Below, one piece after another: positions 28,796-37,952 of a stretch of 64,000 bases of DNA. This DNA comes from Granulicella sp. (GTDB taxonomy: Bacteria; Acidobacteriota; Terriglobia; Terriglobales; Acidobacteriaceae), in assembly GCA_027339965.1 (NCBI GenBank), contig DAHWNL010000078.1, positions 96,001 through 160,000 on the forward strand. Reading direction: 5' to 3'. The first letter of the stretch is position 1, and the number at the start of each line of letters is the position of its first letter. Under the pieces are notes generated by a model, which was not told where the DNA came from, did no database searches, and saw nothing but the letters and a program-made list of their open reading frames with translations. Made by a program: the position numbers and the translations under genes.

Positions 28796-30853
28796 ATGCA
28801 AACGACAAATAAGGGCTCATTCTCCTCGATCAGGGCATTCTTGTGCGACCCTTTCCTCATGTTTGGCGTCGTCAGCGTGTTCTTGCTCTTGCTGTTGATG
28901 GTGGCCCCGGCAAAGGATTACTTCAGCCAGTGGCGTAGCTATCAAAGGCAATACCTTAACCTCATCCGCAATCGCGGCGATGCGGTAACGTTGCTTCGGC
29001 ATTTTCAAGGCGGAATCCAGCAGATTTGGATTCCTCAGTTGGGCGTGATCGATCGTTGCCAGACCTGTCACGTTGGCGTGGCGGAGGCAAGCCTCTCCGA
29101 TGTGAAAGAGCAGCCGTTCCGGGCACATCCACCGATTCCGCACAAGCTGACCGAGTTCGGGTGTGTGATATGTCATCGTGGACAGGGTGCGGCGACGACC
29201 CTATCGGAGGCGCACCACAGCAAAATGGCCGGCGAAGAGCCCATCCTTCCCATGCGCTACATTGAGGCATCCTGCGGCCAGTGTCACCACGAACCCCTCG
29301 AGGGCACGCCCAAACTCAACCAAGGCCGTCTGCTGCTGGCTCGCTATGGATGCGTCAACTGCCACGCCATCAATCTTCCCGATGGCAGCACCATACAAGC
29401 CACGGACAATGCTCCGCCGTTGACTCACATCGCCGACAAAACCACCCGGGAGTGGATTTACGCCTGGCTCAAAGATCCAACGAGTTATTCCGCGTCATCC
29501 ACCATGCCCAACTTTCTGTTTAGCGACGCCGACGCGAGTGACATCTCCGCATTTTTGATTGCAAACAGTACACCACAATCGGGCGATTCGATGGCGTATG
29601 CAGCAACTTCGAGTGGATCTGGTTCCGATTCATCTGCGGGCGCCGTCCTCTATGGCGAGTCGTTCTGCGCATCCTGCCACGCGACCCAGAATGAGGCCGG
29701 CAATCTGGTCGGTGGAGATCTTGGACCTGAACTGACCAACGTCGGAACGAAAGTCAAGCCAGGTTGGCTCATGGCATGGCTGAAGGATCCACACACGTAC
29801 GACCCGAAGACCAAGATGCCGCAGTATCGCTGGACCGACCAACAACTCCAAACCCTGACTGCGTACGTTGCCAGCAAGACAGATCCGGATTTTGTCGCCA
29901 ATGTTCATCTGCAACCTGCGACCCAGGAGCAGATTGCACATGGTAAAAAGCTGGTCATCGAGTATGGCTGCGCTTCATGCCATGAGATTAGAGGGATACC
30001 GAAGCCAGACAACTTCGCGCCCGATCTCAGCCGAGTCGGGAGTAAGCCTCTGGTTCAGCTCATCTTTTTACCGGGGATGGAGCAGAGCCTGCCGGCCTAC
30101 CTCGCAGAGAAAATCCGACAGCCCCGAGCCTTTGGGCCTTCGCTTCATATGCCGAAGTACAGCTTTAGCAGCAGTCAGATCGACGACTTGACCACTGCGC
30201 TGCTCTCCTTCACGAACCGCAGCTTCACACTCCCTCCAAACTTGCAGATCCCTGCCGTCCGGGACACAAACTATCAGCCGGCAGGCCATGCGGGTCAGTT
30301 AATGGCGAACATCAACTGCCTGAGCTGCCATCGCATTAACGGCAACGGAGGCACAATGGCCCCCAACCTTAGCTGGGAGGGCTCATCCGTTCAACAACCG
30401 TGGCTTGACGCCTTCCTCAAGAACCCCAACACTTTACGCCCGACCCTTATTCGGCGCATGCCCAAATTCAACCTCACGGATTCGGAGCGTACTGTGCTGA
30501 CCAACTACATCCTAGCCGTCTACCAGACACCTGCATTCGAACGTGACGAGATGCCACTGACTGGGTACTCGCCGGATCTCGTCGAGAAGGGCCGACAACT
30601 GTTTTATTCCAAGTACGCCTGTCAGTCCTGCCACATCGTAAATCCCAACCAGGACAAAGGCTACATCGGCCCCACACTGACAACCGTTGGCGCTCGTCTC
30701 AACGCCGCTTGGATCTACCACTATCTGAAAGATCCTCAGGCGATACGGCCTGACACCATTGAGCCCAATCAACACATGAGTGACGACGATGCTCGTGCAT
30801 TAACCGCATTCCTGATGGCGCAGAAGACGATCGCAGGGCAGGGGGCAAAGTGA
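28796..30853 (+). CDS. Membrane-anchored octaheme cytochrome c
   Basis: N-terminal TM helix; 8 CxxCH (CQTCH, CVICH, CGQCH, CVNCH, CASCH, CASCH, CLSCH, CQSCH); repeated class-I-like W-L-x-D/N-P...MP domains. Confidence 0.9.
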   Translation: MQTTNKGSFSSIRAFLCDPFLMFGVVSVFLLLLLMVAPAKDYFSQWRSYQRQYLNLIRNRGDAVTLLRHFQGGIQQIWIPQLGVIDRCQTCHVGVAEASLSDVKEQPFRAHPPIPHKLTEFGCVICHRGQGAATTLSEAHHSKMAGEEPILPMRYIEASCGQCHHEPLEGTPKLNQGRLLLARYGCVNCHAINLPDGSTIQATDNAPPLTHIADKTTREWIYAWLKDPTSYSASSTMPNFLFSDADASDISAFLIANSTPQSGDSMAYAATSSGSGSDSSAGAVLYGESFCASCHATQNEAGNLVGGDLGPELTNVGTKVKPGWLMAWLKDPHTYDPKTKMPQYRWTDQQLQTLTAYVASKTDPDFVANVHLQPATQEQIAHGKKLVIEYGCASCHEIRGIPKPDNFAPDLSRVGSKPLVQLIFLPGMEQSLPAYLAEKIRQPRAFGPSLHMPKYSFSSSQIDDLTTALLSFTNRSFTLPPNLQIPAVRDTNYQPAGHAGQLMANINCLSCHRINGNGGTMAPNLSWEGSSVQQPWLDAFLKNPNTLRPTLIRRMPKFNLTDSERTVLTNYILAVYQTPAFERDEMPLTGYSPDLVEKGRQLFYSKYACQSCHIVNPNQDKGYIGPTLTTVGARLNAAWIYHYLKDPQAIRPDTIEPNQHMSDDDARALTAFLMAQKTIAGQGAK

Positions 30854-31584
30854 TGAAAAGGACTCTATTGGCCGTTGTAGTGCTTCTGTCCACTATGGTC
30901 TCAGGTTGTAATCACAAGAGGGCTTTGCCGCCCGCACTGGCCGCCAAAGCGAATGGTACCGCCATCGTGGTGGTTAGTGGAGATAAGCAACTCGGGTCAA
31001 TCGGATCCCAGCTTCCCCAACCTCTCATCTTGCAGATCAATGACGACCAGGGAAATGCGGTGACTGGAGCCAACGTGCAACTGTACGGACCTCCCGGCGT
31101 CACCTTTACCCCGCAGCAAATTCTCACTGACGACAATGGGCAAGCGACCTTCAAGGTAACCATGGGTGGAATCAATGGCCGGTACGAACTTACCGCATCT
31201 TCTCAGGATGCGCACGGCAGGACATTCAGTCTCACGATTCCAGAGTTTGCGGCAGGTTACCAACAGGAGGTAGGTTACGAAGTCAATCAACAATACTGTT
31301 CGCGGTGCCACAACCCCGACTCAACTTCGGAGCAGGTTTCTAACTATGACAATCTCGCTGTCAAGCCGCACCGCTTTTCCGACGGATTGATCTACAACAA
31401 CATTTCAGAGACTGATTTGACGACCATCATCTCGCACGGAGGCGCTGCAATGAATCGTTCAGCACTGATGCCGCCCTACGGGTGGACGCTCAACAAGGCG
31501 GAGGTTCAGGGAGTGATTGCTTACATTCGGCTGGTTTCTGATCCGCCCTATGTTGCTCCAGGTGTCGTGTATCAGAAGCATTGA
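30850..31584 (+). CDS. Lipoprotein with Ig-like domain and monoheme cytochrome c
   Basis: Lipobox VSGC; Big-like segment (DDQGNAVTGANV...TDDNGQA); CSRCH plus distal LMPPY. Confidence 0.8.
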   Translation: MMKRTLLAVVVLLSTMVSGCNHKRALPPALAAKANGTAIVVVSGDKQLGSIGSQLPQPLILQINDDQGNAVTGANVQLYGPPGVTFTPQQILTDDNGQATFKVTMGGINGRYELTASSQDAHGRTFSLTIPEFAAGYQQEVGYEVNQQYCSRCHNPDSTSEQVSNYDNLAVKPHRFSDGLIYNNISETDLTTIISHGGAAMNRSALMPPYGWTLNKAEVQGVIAYIRLVSDPPYVAPGVVYQKH

Positions 31585-31763
31585 AATCACGCAAATGGTG
31601 GATTCGTAACGCAGGCAGAAGTGCCGACAATCTCTTTCCTCAGTACCAGGTTGAATCCCTGCCGGCACTCCGTGCACCTTGAGACGCTTCATCCCACCAA
31701 ATGGTGGAACCGGGAATATTGGCACGATCGTGCGCAATTGATTGATTCAAACTAGGAGGATAT

Positions 31764-33122
31764 ATGAACATCTCACCTTCGGGGACCAGGACTCTGCTAT
31801 CAGTGGCAGCACTTTCAGTCCTGATCTCCGCATTTCCCAGGGATGCAATGGCCGTTCCCAGTTATGCGCGCCAAACTGGTCTTCCCTGCAACGGCTGCCA
31901 CTATGATCCGCCGGAACTGAACCCCGCTGGACGGCTTTTCAAGCTACTGGCCTACGTGCAGCGATCGAGCCTTCTCGGCAGCATAACGGCAAACAGCGGC
32001 GGGAAAAGCGCTGGGCTGGATCTTCTCCAGGCACTGCCTCTTGCTGTCATGTTGGAGACCTCCTACACTTCGCTGAACAGCCCGGAGCCAAACACGCAAA
32101 ATGGCAACTTTGAGTTTCCTCAGGACATTTCCCTGTTTCTTTCTGGGGCCTGGACGAGCAATATCGGCAGCTTTCTGCAGGTTACGTATGACACTCAAGA
32201 GGATCACTTCGGTATAGACAATACCGACATTCGTTTCGCAAACCAGACGAAACTGGATGGCAAGGATCTGGTCTACGGTCTCGACTTCAACAACAACCCG
32301 ACAGTAGAAGATCTTTGGAATGATACGCCAGCCTGGGGTTTCCCGTGGATTCAAAGTGACTTTGCACCAACGCCAGCCGCTGTCCCAATCATCGATGGCC
32401 CTCTGGCCCAGGATGTTGCCGGATTCGGCGGCTACGCCATGTGGAATCGCCATGTGTATTTGGATGTGGCGGCCTACACATCAGAGCACGTAGGCGCTCC
32501 ACAACCGAACTCAGGCAATGGATTCTCGTACAACATTCGCAATGCGGCCCCCTACTGGCGACTTGCCTACCAGGGGCATACCACCACGCTGCAGTATGAG
32601 GTCGGCACTTATGGCATGCATCTGCATAGCAGCCCCAATGCAGTTGTCGGTCCAGAAGATGATTACACCGACTACGCTTTTGATATGCAACTTGACCAAT
32701 CGCTGTTCCGCACAGATGTACTTTCCTTTCGCGGTGATTTCATCCATGAGAACTCTGACTTGCTGGGAAGCCTAACCCAAGGATTGGCTTCTCAAGGAGA
32801 ACACCATCTCAACACGGGAACGGTTAACGCCGAATATCATCTTGGCAACAAATATACTGGCACATTCCAATGGTTTGAGACCAGTGGGACAACAGATCCT
32901 CTGCGCTATTCTCCTGCTCCTGTTACCGGCAGCGCCAATGGAAACCCGAGGAGCGCTGGATACATCCTCAACTTCTCATACTGGCCGTGGCAGAACCTGC
33001 AAATCTCGCCACAGTACACCGCATATACCCGTTTCAACGGCGGTTCGACGAACTACGATGGCTCTGGGCGCAACGCGAGCGCCAACAACACGTTCTATCT
33101 GGATGTTAAGTTCCTCTTTTGA
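31764..33122 (+). CDS. cyc2: Cyc2-like fused cytochrome c / outer-membrane beta-barrel
   Basis: Signal peptide then VPSYARQTGLPCNGCHYDPPELNPAGRLFKL, matching the Cyc2 signature PxFARQTGxxCxxCH...PxL...GRxFK; aromatic beta-strand-rich body; C-terminal Phe. Confidence 0.82.
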   Translation: MNISPSGTRTLLSVAALSVLISAFPRDAMAVPSYARQTGLPCNGCHYDPPELNPAGRLFKLLAYVQRSSLLGSITANSGGKSAGLDLLQALPLAVMLETSYTSLNSPEPNTQNGNFEFPQDISLFLSGAWTSNIGSFLQVTYDTQEDHFGIDNTDIRFANQTKLDGKDLVYGLDFNNNPTVEDLWNDTPAWGFPWIQSDFAPTPAAVPIIDGPLAQDVAGFGGYAMWNRHVYLDVAAYTSEHVGAPQPNSGNGFSYNIRNAAPYWRLAYQGHTTTLQYEVGTYGMHLHSSPNAVVGPEDDYTDYAFDMQLDQSLFRTDVLSFRGDFIHENSDLLGSLTQGLASQGEHHLNTGTVNAEYHLGNKYTGTFQWFETSGTTDPLRYSPAPVTGSANGNPRSAGYILNFSYWPWQNLQISPQYTAYTRFNGGSTNYDGSGRNASANNTFYLDVKFLF

Positions 33123-33449
33123 AGCACTGCATGCGCAGCAATCGTATGCTTTGAAAGCGCTGTAGGAACCAGCTTGGATGAAGATCCATTCGCTTGAAAT
33201 GCGGCGCTTACACCCAACCTCAATTCAAGCTCCGGGGAAGAGGAATTCTTGTTTCGGTACAAATTCGCATTGCCTCGGCCGGGGATCGAATCTTGAGAGA
33301 ACCCTTTCTGGCGGGTGAGGGCGGAGGATGCAGTTGAAAGCTGAGCGGCGGTTCTACCCGATTCTGCAGGAATCGAGTTGCCAACCCTTTACTTACAACG
33401 AGAACCGCCGTGAAAAGAGCTTGCCGCACCATCCGCAAGCAAGTGAAAC

Positions 33450-33900
33450 TGAACCTGGACAAGACGCTGGTTAGAGCCGCCATTCACGAAGATGGAAAGG
33501 GCGTGTGAAGAAGCCTTATTCGGCAGCTCCTCGATGCTTCCGCGGCCAGCTTGATCCCCTTTGTTCAGGGCTCGATAGCTGCGGGAAGCCTGGCTCATAC
33601 GAATGGCTAGCAGGGCTATTCGGCGCTGAAGGGCAACGGTTTCCAGCATCAGATCACCTATCTCAAAGGGAGGCCGGAAGCCGCTTCGGAGTTGTTGCCG
33701 CGAGTTCATCTGGGCGATCTCACTGCTGAAGCGATGGCTGATGGAAACCCCTCAGGGAGCGGTAAACCACAAACATCTGGACTACTTGGATGAGGTCGCC
33801 TTCCGGATCAACCGGCGCACCTCACGGAGCCTGGCAAGCTGTTTTATCGTTCGGCACAACAATCTGGGGCCGTCTATCCAGTTACTCGCCATCAAATCGC
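33450..33900 (+). pseudogene. IS1595-family (ISXO2-like) transposase remnant
   Basis: Broken frames read KTLVRAAIHEDGKG, LDASAASLIPFVQ...HTNG*QGY, LLPRVH, LLKRWLM and QGAVNHKHLDYLDEVAFRINRR; boundaries approximate. Confidence 0.75.
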
Positions 33901-34024
33901 TCACCCCGCCGAAGAAAAACCGGTCGAAAAGCACAGCCGCTGCTGGATTTTGACGGGGCCGGGTGCAACCGAATAACCTCAGAGTGGCATCGGTCCATTG
34001 TATCGATGCAAACGAGGAGGATAG

Positions 34025-35383
34025 ATGAACTTTTCACCTTCGGGAGCCAATACAGTTCTATCGGTAGCAGCGATTTCGCTCCTGATCTCCGCATTCCCCA
34101 AGGGTGCAATAGCTGTCCCCAGTTATGCGCGCCAAACCGGCCTCCCGTGCATCGGGTGCCACGATGACCCGCCGGAGTTGAACCCTGAGGGGCGGCTTTT
34201 CAAGTTGCTGGCCTATGTGTAGGGAGCGAGCTTCCTCGGCTCCATAAATGCAAAGAGCAGCGGGAAGAATGCTGGTTTGGATCTTCTCCACGCACTGCCT
34301 CTTTCTGTCATGTTGCAGACCTCATACACTTCACTGAACAGTCCAGAGCCAAATACCCAAAATGGGAACTTTGAGTTTCCCCAGAACATCTCCCTGTTTC
34401 TCTCCGGTGCCTGGACGAGCAACGTCGGCAGTTACCTTCAGGTTACATACGACACCCAAGCCAATCACTTCGGTATGGACAATACCGACATTCGGTTCGC
34501 AAACCAGACAAAGGTAGATGGTAAGGATCTTGTTTACGGACTTGACTTCAACAACAATCCGACGGTAGAAGATCTCTGGAACGACACGCCGGCATGGGGC
34601 GTCCCATTGATTCAAAGTGACTTTGCGCCAACGCCGGCGGCTGTTCCCATCATCGATGGCCCTCTGGGCCAGGAAGTTGCCGGATTCGGTGGTTACACCA
34701 TGTGGAACAGCCATGTGTATCTGGACGTGACAGCCTACACCTCAGAGCACATTGGCGCCTCACAACCAAACTCCGGAAATGGTTTCTCGTACAACATCCG
34801 TAACGCTGCACCCTACTGGCGTCTTGCCTACCAAGGACAGACAGCCACGACGCAGTATGAGATCGGAACCTATGGCATGCATATGCGCAGCAGTCCTAAT
34901 TCAGTCGTCGGTCCCCAGGATGATTACACCGACTACGCTTTCGACACCCAAATTGACCAATCGGTGTTCCAGACAGACGTGCTCTCGTTCCGAGGCAATT
35001 TCATCCGGGAAAACTCCGATTTGCAGGCCAGCCTGAACCAAGGATTGGCTTCTCAAGGAGGAAACCATCTGAATACTGGCACGGCTAACGTCCAGTATCT
35101 TATTGGCAGCAAATATTCAGGTACATTTGAGTGGTTTGAAACAAACGGCACAACCGATCCTCTGCGTTATGCTCCCGCTTCTGTTACCGGCAGTGCCAAT
35201 GGAAACCCGAGGAGCGCCGGATACATTCTCAACTTCTCGTACTGGCCATGGCAAAACCTTCAAATTTCGCCCCAATACACTGCGTATACACGTTTCAACG
35301 GTGGTTCGACGAACTACGATGGTTCTGGACGTAACGCCAACGCCAATAATACGTTCTACCTGGATGTGCAGTTCCTCTTTTGA
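34025..35383 (+). pseudogene. cyc2: Second Cyc2-like gene interrupted by a single in-frame TAG at codon 66
   Basis: Collinear with 31764-33122; CIGCH heme motif; TAG at 34220-34222 where copy 1 has CAG (31959-31961); the frame continues to DVQFLF. Confidence 0.85.
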
Positions 35384-35533
35384 ATTGCCGTTTGCGCGGC
35401 AATCAAATACCTGAAAACACCGTATGGGCCAGCCCGAAAGGAGGTCCATTTGATTTGCTCACCCGGCAAGGAAGGTTTAGGGTGACCTGCTACCTGAAAG
35501 CTCTACCAGTTGGAACTGGAGTCCTCTCGTAAT

Positions 35534-36911
35534 TGACCCGCCCCGCATGACTAAGCCAGAAGCGGCTGGAAAATCCGGCTTGCGTGGTTCGGTTCGGCCC
35601 GTGTTGACGGGCGGATTTGCAGATACTGTAGCTCAAGTGAGTGTCTCAAGTAACAGCGTTGAACCACTGTCGTTCTGCGCTGTGACAGCAGCCGTCGTCG
35701 TGCCATGGAAAAGTGGGAGGCGAGTAGCTGCTTCCACTTTTCCACGGCTGCAGATAGCCGCGAACTCCGCCGGTGTGCGGTCGTCCAGCGCAGAGTGCGG
35801 GCGCTGGTGGTTTGTAGTCGCGTCGCCAGAGGTGCAGCTTCCGGCGAGCGTCAGCCAGGTTCAAGGACACCTCCACGTTCAGGCACTCGTCGCGCAGCTT
35901 TCCGTTGAAGCTCTCGATGTAGTCGTTCTCTACCGGCCTGCCCGGGGGGATGAAGTTCAGATGCACACCGTTCCGATACGCCCAGTGGTCGAGCGCTTTA
36001 CTGGTAGATTCCGTTTCGTTGTCCACAGTGATCGACTCCGGCAGGCCGCGTTGCAGCAGCGCCTTATCCAACGCCGTTGCGACCTCCTCCCCGCTCAGTG
36101 TGTTGTCTGTCAGCAGCGTCACACACTCCCGCGTGTACTGGTCCACTACCGTCCGCACACGGATCCAACGCCCGTCCGGCAACCACTGCGCCACGAAGTC
36201 CATCGACCGCTTCTGGTCTGGCCGCAACGCCGATCCCTGCGCCACACGATGCCGCTGCGCGCGCTCCTTGCGCTTCTTCGTCCTCACGATCGGGCCCTCC
36301 TCGACGTACAGTCGGTAGATGCGCTTGGCGTTGACCTTCCAGCCTTCGCGCTTCAACAGCACGGTCAGCCGCCGGTAGCCGTAACGCACGCGGTTGCCGG
36401 CCAGCTCCCTCAGACGGATACGCAAGGCCTCCTGCCGGTCGCGGTGATGCTCGTAGCGCAGCGTCATCCGCTCGACTGAAATCAGCTGCGACACGCGCCT
36501 CTGGCTCATCCGGTGGACCTGCTGTGCCCACTCGGCCGGCTCGCGCCGCGCACGAGGCCTTACAGTTTTTTGCGACGATCTCCTGCGACACATGACGGTC
36601 CGGGTTCGGGTCCGCTACCAAACGCTTCGACTTCGCGTTCTCTTCACGCAACTGGAGCAGCTCCTGAAGCTCGTTCAGCCCCAACCCGGAAGACTTCTTC
36701 TTCCGCAAATAAAACGTCTGCTGGCTGATGCCGTGCTTCCGGCAAGCCTCGACCACCGTGTCGCCAGACGTGGTCTCCCGCAGCACCCGCAGAATCTCTT
36801 CCTCGCTGTGTCCACCCTTACCCGTACAGGTTCTCCTCTCTTGCTTCTCAGAGAACCACAACAGGCCAAATCCTCAACGTCAACTTGGCCTAGTTTTTGG
36901 GTTTTGGGTCA
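35534..36911 (-). mobile_element. Degenerate IS3-family element (orfA/orfB)
   Basis: TG...CA ends with imperfect IRs (TGACCCgccccgcatgACTAaGCCA vs TGACCCaaaacccaaaaACTAgGCCA); orfA HSEEEILRVLRE...CRKHGISQQTFY; orfB RYGYRRL, SMDFV, DQYTREC, IESFNGKLRDECLN; A6 tract at the orfA/orfB junction; decayed DN(G)xEF motif. Confidence 0.88.
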
Positions 36912-37070
36912 GATCGGACGTTTCCAATGGTGTCCGGACAATCTCCGGGCCAGGAGATCCGGCAAATCACCATGCATTCTAAGGTCTATCTAAATCTCCA
37001 TCTTTCGATGGAAGTAGGACGATAAACGACTGCCGTATAATTCAGTCTCTCCCAGAATGGAGCGGGCCTT

Positions 37071-37952
37071 GTGCACGCAAACCTCCAGGATGGCTTCGCC
37101 GATTCCCCGGATGCTTTAAAGGACGGGCAGCGGCAACGAACGATCATCCGGGTTCTCGGTATCGAAGTGGGTGGGGATGAGTTCGTCACCATGGCAGGGC
37201 CATGCTCGGTTGAAACCGAGTCCCGGCTCATGGCAACCGCTCATCATGTTCGCCGCTGCGGCGCGCGCATCCTTCGTGGCGGCGCGTTCAAGCCGCGCAG
37301 CTCCCCCTATTCCTTTCAAGGTCATGGTCTTCAGGCGCTCAGGACGCTCGCCCGCGCCCGAGCGGAGTTTGGACTGGCCATCGTCACCGAAGTCATGTCG
37401 GAAAGCGATGTCCCTTTGGTGGCTGAGTACGCTGACATACTGCAGATTGGCTCGCGCAGCATGGAAAATCTTCTCCTGCTCAAGGCTGCAGCGCAATCCG
37501 GGCGACCGATCCTTCTGAAGCGAGGCATGATGGCTACGGTTGCCGAGCTACTCTACGCGGCGCAGTTGATCCTGGAAGAGGGCAACCCCAACGTCATTCT
37601 CTGTGAACGAGGCATCCGCACCTTTGAAACATCGATGCGCAACACCTTCGATGCCGCGGCCATCGCATTGCTCAAGCAGATCTCGCACCTGCCCGTGATC
37701 GCCGACCCAAGCCACGCGGCCGGGCATCACGATCTGGTTCCCGCTTTGGCCCGCATTGCCGCGGCCGCGGGAGCGGACGGCCTGCTGGTTGAAGTGCACC
37801 CCGAGCCCGAGCAGGCGTGGAGCGATGGGGAACAATCCTTGGATTTTGCTGAATTCGAAGCCATGATGATTTCGCTGGACCCTCTTCTGGCGCTGCGCTC
37901 GACGGTTCCGGGCGCGCCCGTGGATGCAGGGTTCGTGGAGGTTGGTGGGTGA
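37071..37952 (+). CDS. aroF: 3-deoxy-7-phosphoheptulonate (DAHP) synthase, type I-beta, catalytic barrel only
   Basis: [39 protein letters not shown] and EVHP...SDG motifs. Confidence 0.88.
   Translation: MHANLQDGFADSPDALKDGQRQRTIIRVLGIEVGGDEFVTMAGPCSVETESRLMATAHHVRRCGARILRGGAFKPRSSPYSFQGHGLQALRTLARARAEFGLAIVTEVMSESDVPLVAEYADILQIGSRSMENLLLLKAAAQSGRPILLKRGMMATVAELLYAAQLILEEGNPNVILCERGIRTFETSMRNTFDAAAIALLKQISHLPVIADPSHAAGHHDLVPALARIAAAAGADGLLVEVHPEPEQAWSDGEQSLDFAEFEAMMISLDPLLALRSTVPGAPVDAGFVEVGG

Noticed and set aside
31720..31750. Sigma54 or FNR site upstream of cyc2 (TGGCACGATCGTGC; TTGATTGATTCAA)
   Set aside because: Spacing is off by one base for both consensus sequences.
34220..34222. 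Pyrrolysine recoding of the TAG in cyc2 copy 2
   Set aside because: The paralog has Gln (CAG), a single C>T transition explains the stop, and no pyl genes are in the window.
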